A DNA stretch of 33,867 nucleotides from Chthoniobacterales bacterium (GTDB lineage Bacteria; Verrucomicrobiota; Verrucomicrobiia; Chthoniobacterales; JACTMZ01), in the NCBI GenBank assembly GCA_039807035.1, contig JBDHQL010000002.1, forward strand, positions 1 to 33,867. The letters are read 5' to 3'. Of this stretch, positions 8,455-16,262 are shown piece by piece. The notes under the pieces were generated by a model. It was not told the DNA's origin. It was given only the letters and a program-made list of their open reading frames with translations, and did not search any database. A program made the translations under genes and the position numbers. The number at the start of each line of letters is the position of its first letter. Within the stretch, counting starts at the first letter, position 1.

Positions 8455-8793
8455 ATGCAAGAGGATCAGCAGCTTTGGAATCTCCTCGGCGAGGCTTGTT
8501 CCGTGCCTGCGCCGCCGTTTTTTGCGAGAAAGATTATGCGGGCCATTCACGAGGAGAACGCACCGCCATCCTTATGGCACACCAAGTTTCTACGCTGGCT
8601 GGCACCTTCAGCCATCGCCGCTCTTTTTATCCTTTCCCTCAGCCTCTCCCGACCGTCAGCAGAAATTGAGCCTAATAACCTAACCTCATTTACAACGCTC
8701 GACCTCATCGAAATTCTCAATCCCGAAGACTACCAAATCCTTACCGAAGCCGGCTGGCCCTACGATAACGGTTTCCTCAGCGCAAGTTTGTAA
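8455..8793 (+). CDS. Hypothetical single-pass membrane protein, possibly anti-sigma-factor-like
   Basis: ATG 8455 (MQEDQQLWNLLGEA...) is preferred over the TTG-type ORF-track start at 8425. There is one central TM (FLRWLAPSAIAALFILSLSL). I associate the N-terminal LLGEA..PAPPFFARKIMRAI pattern, from memory, with small proteins encoded after ECF sigma genes in PVC bacteria. That function is unverified. Confidence 0.5.
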   Translation: MQEDQQLWNLLGEACSVPAPPFFARKIMRAIHEENAPPSLWHTKFLRWLAPSAIAALFILSLSLSRPSAEIEPNNLTSFTTLDLIEILNPEDYQILTEAGWPYDNGFLSASL

Positions 8794-8844
8794 ATTTTCT
8801 TCCTTGCTAAGCGAGTGTAAAAACATTAGAAAGAAGGGTTATCA

Positions 8845-8934
8845 GGAAGGGTGGCTGAGTCCGGTTTAAGGCACTCGACTCGAAATCGAACGTAGGGAAA
8901 CCTACCGTGGGTTCAAATCCCACCCCTTCCGCCA
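8845..8934 (+). tRNA. tRNA-Ser (anticodon CGA), class II with long variable arm, CCA encoded
   Basis: Acceptor GGAAGGG/CCCTTCC. Anticodon loop CUCGAAA, identical to E. coli tRNA-Ser(CGA). Variable arm GTAGG-GAAA-CCTAC. T-arm GTGGG-TTCAAAT-CCCAC. Discriminator G plus CCA. There is one C-A mismatch at the top of the anticodon stem. Confidence 0.93.
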
Positions 8935-8973
8935 CCCCGTCAAAACTAAGGGGGTCAGCAACAGTCTGGCTTC

Positions 8974-11900
8974 CTAGGCTTCGTCGGCGATGAGCATGTA
9001 GAGGCAGGGGACGATAAAGAGGGCGAAGATGGTGCCGATGGTCATGCCGCCGACCAGCACAAGGCCAATGGAGTTGCGGGCGGCGGCACCGGCACCGGTG
9101 ACGAGGACGAGAGGGAAATGTCCGGCGATGGTTGCGGCGGAGGTCATCAATATAGGGCGCAAACGTATATTGGCGGCTTCGCGCACGGCGGCGAGTTTTC
9201 CGAGCCCCTCCTGCTGGCGACGGTTGGCAAATTCGACAATAAGGATACCGTTTTTAGCAATGAGACCAATGAGAGTCACGAGGCCAACTTGCGAATAGAT
9301 GTTGAGCGTGCTTGTCCAACCATCCGTCCAAAATGGCACGGGCGCAGGCATTTTGAGGAAGGTAAAAACAAGGGCGCCAAACATCGCCAACGGCACGGAG
9401 CCAAGGAGAATAATAAAGGGATCACGGAAGCTGTTGAACTGTGCCGCGAGAACGAGAAAAATGAGTGCTAACGCGAGCGCCATGGAGGGCAAAAATTTAC
9501 TACCTTCTGTCCGCAACTGACGCGATTCGCCGGTGTAATCAAGCACATAGCCTTGCGGGAGGATTTTGTGCGCTTCGGTTTCGAGAAATTTTAGGGCTTC
9601 GTCAAGCGGACGGATGGCAACACCGCTGAGTTTTACGGCATTGAGCTGCTGAAAGCGATTGAGCGAACGCGGTTGAGCCGAGGATTCAATTTTTGCCACG
9701 GAACCCAGAGGAATAAGGCTATTATTGGGGCCGGTGACATAAATGAGGCGAAGCTGATCGGGATTAAGGCGATTTTCGCGATGAACTTGAGGAATCACCT
9801 TGTAACTGCGTCCGCCAATGTTGAAGCGGTTCACATAATTTCCACCCACCATGGCCGCGACATCTTCACCCACTTGTCGGAGGTCAAGCCCCATGGAGGC
9901 AACTTTATCGCGGTCGAGGACTATTTCGCCCTGCGGCTGATCAATCTTGGTATCAATGATCGGTGGAAACGCAAACATCCCGCTGGCTGCCGCTTTGTCA
10001 CGTAAAGTTCGGACAAATTCGAGGATGTCTGCGGGTTCGGCGGTTGAGGCAATGACAATTTCCACAGGAAAACTCCCGCCTCCCGGTAAGGCGGGCGGTG
10101 TGACGGGAAACATATTGACGCCCGGGAGCTGACCGAGTTTTTTGGCGAGCTCGGGAACGATTTGCGCCGGTGTTCGTGTGCGTTCGCCCCACGGTTTGAG
10201 AGCCATGCCGGAAAATCCCGAGGCCGGCATCGTGACTTGAAAGGTGTGTTCGGTTTCCGGCGTATCGAGGAAAATGCGTCCGGCTTCATCGGTATAGCGC
10301 AATGTTTCTTCGAGGGTGGAATTGGCGGATGATTCGACGATACCAAAAATTACGCTTTGGTCTTCGCTGGGGGCGAGTTCCACCGGCGACATGAGAAACA
10401 TCGGCACGCACAGCAGTGCAATCACGGCCCACACCGCATAAACAGCAGGACGCGCTGCAAGCACACGATCCAACAAGGCGCAGTAAAAAATACGGACACG
10501 ATTAAATCCACGATTGATCACGCCGGCAAAGCCGTGTTCTTCCATACCCGACACCAGCAACCGCGAGCTCATCGCGGGCGAAATCGTCAAGGCCACCACG
10601 CCCGAAACAAAGACTGCTCCGGCGAGCGTGAAAGCAAATTCGCGGAACAGCGAGCCCGTGAGTCCGCCTTGCAAGCCAATTGGCAAGTACACGGCAGCAA
10701 GCGTAACGGTCATGGAAATCACCGGTGCCACCAATTCGCGAGCACCTCGGAGGGCGGCATTGAACGGTGAGAGTCCGTTGGCAAGATGCCGTTCGACATT
10801 TTCCACAATGACAATGGCATCATCCACGACCAACCCCACGCACAACACGATCGCCAGCAAGGTGAGAAGATTGATCGAAAATCCGGCTACCTGCATGAGA
10901 AAGATCGCACCAAGAATGGACAGCGGAATGGCCACCACCGGCACCAACACGGCACGCAACGAACCGAGAAAAAGGAAAATCACCAAGACGACAATGAAGA
11001 GCGTTTCGGTGAGCGTTTTGAGCACTTCGTGGATGGCATCGGTGATGTATTCAGTCGCATCAAAAGCCACTCCTCCGGTGAGACCCGTTGGCAGATCGGC
11101 TTTAATGTTTTCCATCTCTGCACGAACGGCCGCCATCACGTCGAGTGAGTTGGCGTTGGGCAAAACCCAAATGCCCATAAACACTGCTTGTTCGCTGGAA
11201 AAACGAACAGCGGAATCATAATCCTCCGCTCCCAAGACCACATCCGCGACATCTTTGAGCCTCACCACCGCACCGCCACTTTCGCGCAGTACCAATTGCT
11301 CGAACTCCTTCACCGAACGCAGGTCCGTGTTGGCGGTGAGATTAACCGTAATGAGAGCGCCCTTGGTCTGGCCAACGGCAGCGAGGTAATTATTGCCCGC
11401 GAGAGCTTCGCGGATTTGTTTGGGGCTGATATTGAGAGCCGCCATGCGGTCGGGTTTAAGCCAAATTCGCATGGCAAAAACGCGGCCACCCAAAATATCC
11501 GCCCGCTGCACCCCCGGGATGGCCGTCAGTCGCGGCTGTACGACCCGTGCAAGATAATCGGTGATTTCATTGGGCTGCAGAATTGTCGAAACAAAGCGCA
11601 AATAGGCTGCGGCCTGTTCCGAGTCGGAGTTTTCGATATTGATGATGGGAACTTCCGATTCCGGCGGTAAATCTCCCCGCACTTGATCCACCTTGGAACT
11701 AATTTCTGCGAGTGCTTTCGTCGGGTCGTAATTCAATTTCAACCGCGCCGTAATTTTCGACATTCCCTGCGAACTTTGCGATTCGAGGTAATCAATGCCA
11801 TCCGCCGCCGCAATCGCCCGCTCCAAAGGCGTCGTGATAAATCCCCGCACCAAATCGGCATTTGCTCCCACATAAACTGTCGTCACCGTGACGGACGCAT

Positions 11901-12054
11901 TGTCACTGCGCGGGTATTGGCGGACGGTGAGCGTCCATATCGCCTGAAGCCCCGCCACGAGGATCAGCAACGCGACCACGATCGCCAGCACAGGGCGGCG
12001 AATGAAGAGATCGGTCAAAGCGTGGCGCTCGCTGTTTACGTTAAGATCGTTCAT
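8974..12054 (-). CDS. RND efflux transporter permease (AcrB/HAE1-type inner-membrane subunit)
   Basis: 1026 aa with 12-TM architecture. N-terminus LTDLFIRRPVLAIVVALLILVAGL. Also VVDDAIVIVENVERH and LVTLIGLIAKNGILIVEFANRRQQEG. Its ATG overlaps the adaptor stop (ATGA at 12051-12054). Confidence 0.95.
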   Translation of the reverse strand: MNDLNVNSERHALTDLFIRRPVLAIVVALLILVAGLQAIWTLTVRQYPRSDNASVTVTTVYVGANADLVRGFITTPLERAIAAADGIDYLESQSSQGMSKITARLKLNYDPTKALAEISSKVDQVRGDLPPESEVPIINIENSDSEQAAAYLRFVSTILQPNEITDYLARVVQPRLTAIPGVQRADILGGRVFAMRIWLKPDRMAALNISPKQIREALAGNNYLAAVGQTKGALITVNLTANTDLRSVKEFEQLVLRESGGAVVRLKDVADVVLGAEDYDSAVRFSSEQAVFMGIWVLPNANSLDVMAAVRAEMENIKADLPTGLTGGVAFDATEYITDAIHEVLKTLTETLFIVVLVIFLFLGSLRAVLVPVVAIPLSILGAIFLMQVAGFSINLLTLLAIVLCVGLVVDDAIVIVENVERHLANGLSPFNAALRGARELVAPVISMTVTLAAVYLPIGLQGGLTGSLFREFAFTLAGAVFVSGVVALTISPAMSSRLLVSGMEEHGFAGVINRGFNRVRIFYCALLDRVLAARPAVYAVWAVIALLCVPMFLMSPVELAPSEDQSVIFGIVESSANSTLEETLRYTDEAGRIFLDTPETEHTFQVTMPASGFSGMALKPWGERTRTPAQIVPELAKKLGQLPGVNMFPVTPPALPGGGSFPVEIVIASTAEPADILEFVRTLRDKAAASGMFAFPPIIDTKIDQPQGEIVLDRDKVASMGLDLRQVGEDVAAMVGGNYVNRFNIGGRSYKVIPQVHRENRLNPDQLRLIYVTGPNNSLIPLGSVAKIESSAQPRSLNRFQQLNAVKLSGVAIRPLDEALKFLETEAHKILPQGYVLDYTGESRQLRTEGSKFLPSMALALALIFLVLAAQFNSFRDPFIILLGSVPLAMFGALVFTFLKMPAPVPFWTDGWTSTLNIYSQVGLVTLIGLIAKNGILIVEFANRRQQEGLGKLAAVREAANIRLRPILMTSAATIAGHFPLVLVTGAGAAARNSIGLVLVGGMTIGTIFALFIVPCLYMLIADEA

Positions 12055-13181
12055 GTATCCGCTGGATGCGGGTTAGCTTGAGGCTGCGGGGCGAGGGCGT
12101 TGTTGATGTTCACGGTGGCACCATTGCGCAACTTAAAGACGCCGGCGGAGACAACAATGTCGCCTGGTTGTAGCCCCGTGATAATTGAAACGAAGTCCCC
12201 TTGCGTTCGTCCCGTGCGCACGAAACGTTGCTCGACCACCTGCGATTTTTCGCCGGCTTCATTCGTTTTTTCCACCACCACAAAAACCGAATCTCCATAG
12301 GGCTCCTGCAACACAGCCGTGGAAGGAATACGAATCACGTCCTCCGCTTCACCAAGCGTCAAAATCACCCGCGCAAACATTCCGGGCCGCAGCGCACCCT
12401 CGGCATTGGCCAATGTCGCCTGCAAATGAATGTTGCGCGTGATAGGGTCAACCTCCGGATTCAAGGCCGTAAGTTTTCCTTCAAAAACGCGATCGGGATA
12501 AACATCCGTGATAACGCGCACGCGTTCCCCGACGCGAATCCCGGCGATCAATTGCTGCGGCAGCAGGAAGTCCACGTAAATAGGGTCCAACGATTGCAAG
12601 GAAACGATTTTGTCTCCGTGCTCGATGAATTGCCCCAAATTGACCTCCCGAATACCAAGGCGCCCGGAAAAAGGCGCGACGAGTTGTTTCTTATTGATGG
12701 TAGCTTTGAGCTGCTCGACGAGGGCGGTCATTTTGCGCAGCTGTGATTCCGCAGCATCGAGCTCGGATTGCGGCACGGTATTGTTGAGGCGCAGCTTACG
12801 AGTACGCTCATAAACCGTGCGTGCGAGATCCGCTTCCGCTTCCGCCGAACGAAGATTGGCCGCCTCCGTTTCAAAATCCAATTCCAGCAAGAGGTCGCCT
12901 TTTTTGACTTCCTGACCATTTTCAAAAAGGATTTTGGCAATCACACCGGGGGCTTCCGTCGCAAGATCGGTTCCTTGCACGGCACGAAGAGAACCCACGG
13001 ATTCTACGGTGCGTTCCCATTTTTCGGCGACCACGGGGGCGGTGCTGACCGTCGAGGCGGGCGCACTTTTTTGACCGGCAGAGGCCATCAATTTGCGAAT
13101 TTGCAAAACTTTGGGAATCGCCACAGCGGCGAATACAGCGAGGATAATGATGGCTGCGAAAAGAAAAGGTTTGAGCTTCAT
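12051..13181 (-). CDS. RND efflux periplasmic adaptor (membrane fusion protein, HlyD/AcrA family)
   Basis: 376 aa. N-terminal membrane anchor (FLFAAIIILAVFAAVAI), lipoyl-like hairpin GQEVKKGDLLLELD, a coiled-coil segment and a beta-barrel/MP domain. Translationally coupled to the permease. Confidence 0.93.
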   Translation of the reverse strand: MKLKPFLFAAIIILAVFAAVAIPKVLQIRKLMASAGQKSAPASTVSTAPVVAEKWERTVESVGSLRAVQGTDLATEAPGVIAKILFENGQEVKKGDLLLELDFETEAANLRSAEAEADLARTVYERTRKLRLNNTVPQSELDAAESQLRKMTALVEQLKATINKKQLVAPFSGRLGIREVNLGQFIEHGDKIVSLQSLDPIYVDFLLPQQLIAGIRVGERVRVITDVYPDRVFEGKLTALNPEVDPITRNIHLQATLANAEGALRPGMFARVILTLGEAEDVIRIPSTAVLQEPYGDSVFVVVEKTNEAGEKSQVVEQRFVRTGRTQGDFVSIITGLQPGDIVVSAGVFKLRNGATVNINNALAPQPQANPHPADT

Positions 13182-13312
13182 GCAAGGCAGATTCCCACAA
13201 AATAGTGGGCGCCCTGTTTTACACGCTGAGACGCAGCGGCAAAGGCAATTTGTGAAGTTTGCAACTCACGAACGTTGACCTTGAGGCGGTGATTTGGCTA
13301 TGCTGGAGGCCT

Positions 13313-14089
13313 ATGAGCGAAGGAATTCTAGCTGGGAAAGTCGGCGTTGTTTTTGGCGTGGCCAATAAGCGGAGCATTGCATGGGCCATTGCGCGAGCGT
13401 GGAAAGAAGCGGGCGCAAAGTTAATTTTCAACTACCAAGGCGAGCGGCTTAAAGACAATGTCGAAGAGCTTGTGAAAGAATTCGGTGCCGATACCGCGCT
13501 GTATCCCTGCGATGTGTCGAAGGACGAAGACATCGCGGCTTTTTTTGAAAAAGTGAGAGGGCACACGGATCGCCTCGACTTGCTACTCCACTCCGTTGCA
13601 TTTGCTCCGAAGGAAGCACTGGAAGGCGATTTCGTTTCGACCTCACGGGCCGCTTTTTCAACAGCCATGGATATCAGCGCGTATTCGCTGGTGGCACTTT
13701 CTCGGGCAGCGGAGCCGCTGATGACGCAGGGAGGCAGCATCGTCGCCATGAGCTATCTGGGCAGCGTGAAAGTTGTACCGCATTACAATGTGATGGGCGT
13801 CGCCAAGGCCGCACTCGAGTCCTCGACGCGCTACCTCGCTTACGATCTCGGTGCTAAAAAAATCCGCGTCAATTGCATCAGTGCCGGTCCCGTCCAAACC
13901 CTCGCCGGACGCGGCATTTCCGGATTTTCGGCCATGCTCAAACATTATGAAGCGCATGCGCCGCTGAAGCGAAGCTGTGAAACATCCGAGCTTGGAGCCA
14001 CCGGTGTTTTCCTTGCCAGCGAAGGTGCCGCTTCCATCACCGGCCAGGTGCTCTATGTGGACGGTGGCTACGAAATTATGGGGATGTAG
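13313..14089 (+). CDS. fabI: Enoyl-[acyl-carrier-protein] reductase (NADH), FabI
   Basis: MSEGILAGKVGVVFGVANKRSIAWAIA N-terminus. Tyr-x6-Lys catalytic motif (YNVMGVAKAALES). ISAGPVQTLA. GGAGG lies 3 nt upstream of ATG 13313. The ORF-track start at 13259 adds non-homologous residues. Confidence 0.95.
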   Translation: MSEGILAGKVGVVFGVANKRSIAWAIARAWKEAGAKLIFNYQGERLKDNVEELVKEFGADTALYPCDVSKDEDIAAFFEKVRGHTDRLDLLLHSVAFAPKEALEGDFVSTSRAAFSTAMDISAYSLVALSRAAEPLMTQGGSIVAMSYLGSVKVVPHYNVMGVAKAALESSTRYLAYDLGAKKIRVNCISAGPVQTLAGRGISGFSAMLKHYEAHAPLKRSCETSELGATGVFLASEGAASITGQVLYVDGGYEIMGM

Positions 14090-14095
14090 GCCGCC

Positions 14096-15472
14096 ATGGA
14101 GGCGCGAATCATTCAGGCCTTGCGCGATGTTGCGGGAACGGAAGCCGTTCGCGCCGATGACGAGTCGCGTGAAGCTGCAGCGGGCGACAAGTGGTTTGCC
14201 CGCACCGTGCCGGATGTGGTGATTTTTCCGGATTCAACATCCGTGGTTTCGGAGGTGATGAAAATTGCCTCGCGTGAAAACATTCCCGTAACAGCACGGG
14301 GTGCGGGTCATGGTTATGTGGGAGGTTGTGTTCCGGCAAAACGAGGGATTGTGCTGCGTACGGAGCGCATGAATCGCCTCAAAGAAATCAATGCCGGCGA
14401 CTTTGTGGCCGTGGTAGAACCCGGCGTTATCACGGGCAAACTCCAAGAGGCGGCACGAGAAAAGGGGCTATTTTATCCGCCTGATCCCGCCAGCTTGAAA
14501 GACTGTTTCATCGGCGGAAATATCGCCACCAATGCCGGTGGCCCACGGTGCCTTAAATATGGCGTGACGCGCAATTATGTCCTCGGGCTTGAAGTTGTAC
14601 TCGCCGACGGCACGATTGCACGCATCGGTGGGCGGACGCATAAAAACAAAGTCGGATTTGACTTTTGCGGATTATTCACGGGTTCGGAAGGACTGCTTGG
14701 TATCGTGACAGAAGCCACCTTGCGATTGCTCCCGCTGCCGCCTTCACGAGCGGTACTTTCCGCCGGATTCTCCAACATGCCCGCCGCAGCTGCGGCTGTT
14801 CAGGCCGTCTTTGCGCACGGATTTTTACCAAGTGCTTTGGAAATTGCCGACCGCTTTACGCTAGATGCGGCGCGCGCTTATGGCGGAGGAAAAATTGCTA
14901 TTCCACCTGGTGAAGCCCATGTACTTGTGGAAACAGATGGTCAGGAAGGTGCGGTAAAAGCCGATGCCGAGTCGCTGGCGATTCTCCTTAAAAAGGCAGG
15001 AGCACTTTCCATCGAGAGCGCGATGACCAACAAAGGTTGTGAAAATCTCTGGGAGCTACGACGAACATTTTCTGCATCGCTCAAAGCCACCGGCCTTAAA
15101 AAACTCAACGAAGACATTGTGGTTCCGCGTGGCAAATTGGTGGAGCTTGTCGAATTTGGTGCAGAGCTTGGTCAGCGGTACTCCGTCGCTGTGGCCTGCT
15201 TCGGCCATGCGGGCGACGGTAATATCCACGTGAATCTCATGGTCGAAAATCCGGATGATCCAGCCGTTCAAGAACGCATGAGCGAAGCACTCGACACCCT
15301 CTTTGCCGGTGTACTCGGCATGGGCGGAGCCATCACCGGCGAACACGGCGTAGGTCTTGCAAAAAAGCGTTGGTGGCCGCAGGCCGTGGATGCGGGCTCG
15401 CATGAACTTCACCGCCGAATTAAAGCCACCCTTGATCCTAAGGGGATTCTAAATCCAGGAAAATTTCTGTAA
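14096..15472 (+). CDS. FAD-binding oxidoreductase, GlcD / D-lactate dehydrogenase family
   Basis: 458 aa. PCMH-type FAD-binding domain (VVIFPDSTSVVSEVMKIASRENIPVTARGAGHGYVGG) and FAD-oxidase C-terminal domain (GHAGDGNIHVNL, GAITGEHGVGLAKK). Only 6 nt after fabI. No glcE or glcF is adjacent, so substrate assignment is open. Confidence 0.85.
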   Translation: MEARIIQALRDVAGTEAVRADDESREAAAGDKWFARTVPDVVIFPDSTSVVSEVMKIASRENIPVTARGAGHGYVGGCVPAKRGIVLRTERMNRLKEINAGDFVAVVEPGVITGKLQEAAREKGLFYPPDPASLKDCFIGGNIATNAGGPRCLKYGVTRNYVLGLEVVLADGTIARIGGRTHKNKVGFDFCGLFTGSEGLLGIVTEATLRLLPLPPSRAVLSAGFSNMPAAAAAVQAVFAHGFLPSALEIADRFTLDAARAYGGGKIAIPPGEAHVLVETDGQEGAVKADAESLAILLKKAGALSIESAMTNKGCENLWELRRTFSASLKATGLKKLNEDIVVPRGKLVELVEFGAELGQRYSVAVACFGHAGDGNIHVNLMVENPDDPAVQERMSEALDTLFAGVLGMGGAITGEHGVGLAKKRWWPQAVDAGSHELHRRIKATLDPKGILNPGKFL

Positions 15473-15477
15473 GAGCG

Positions 15478-16146
15478 TTACGGATTTTGCGTGCTCTTCG
15501 ACATGGTGTCGAGGGGTTGGAGATTGAGGGATTCGAGGGCGGGGCTTAATTGCGCGGCTTCGATATTACGGCCTTCGATTTCTACGAGAAATCGGTTGTT
15601 CACCATAATCGTGGCCGTGCCGGATTTTGTGGCGTTGGTATATTTTTCTCTCCCCTTATGGCCTTGGTATTGCACCGTACGCTCATAACCTTCATCGCCC
15701 TCACTTTCAATTTCGGAGGACATTAATCCCAAGTTTGTCACGGCACCAAAGGGTCCGAGTGCGGCGAGATCGGTGATTTTTACCTCAAACTGCGAGCCGC
15801 CTTCCGCACCATAAATCCCTCGGGCAAACACGACATTGGCACCGAGCAGTCCTGATTTTTCACCTTTGATGGATGTGCGACGCAGACCTGCCAATTCTGC
15901 GGGAATCAGTGCCATAAGCTCTCGTGGTTGCGCTGGTTTTCCTAGCGCAGCGAAGGGCTGATTGGTGCTACTGCCCATGAGAGTTTTCAACGCTTCCACG
16001 GCGGCACCCAACCCTTGGTCTTGCGACGGCGTTTGGGCGGGGAGGCTGATTCCCTGACTTGGCACAGGCTGCTGCGGGGGAGTCTGCGCTAAAAGAAAAC
16101 TTCCGCAAAAAAACCCAACGACGCTAAAAATTAAGTATGGCTTCAT
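15478..16146 (-). CDS. Hypothetical secreted protein (signal peptide, Pro/Gln-rich linker, about 150-aa C-terminal domain of unknown family)
   Basis: ATG 16146 gives MKPYLIFSVVGFFCGSFLLAQTPPQQ, a signal-peptide-like N-terminus. The ORF-track start at 16215 adds a hydrophilic extension. I recognise no motif. Its stop is 5 nt from the convergent glcD-like stop. Confidence 0.6.
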   Translation of the reverse strand: MKPYLIFSVVGFFCGSFLLAQTPPQQPVPSQGISLPAQTPSQDQGLGAAVEALKTLMGSSTNQPFAALGKPAQPRELMALIPAELAGLRRTSIKGEKSGLLGANVVFARGIYGAEGGSQFEVKITDLAALGPFGAVTNLGLMSSEIESEGDEGYERTVQYQGHKGREKYTNATKSGTATIMVNNRFLVEIEGRNIEAAQLSPALESLNLQPLDTMSKSTQNP

Positions 16147-16262
16147 CGCTCTATCAAATCGCTCGCCAAGTTTGTGCGCAAGCTTATCATGGCAATTTGC
16201 TTTGCCGCGAAGCATGAGGCAGATAATGTGGCCCTCCCGCGTAAGACGCGGTGTCTTCGGAT

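Noticed and set aside
9029-12081. Multiple plus-strand ORFs of 60-235 aa (for example 10514-11221, 11188-11670, 11683-12081)
   Set aside because: All lie antisense to the RND permease, and none carries a motif.
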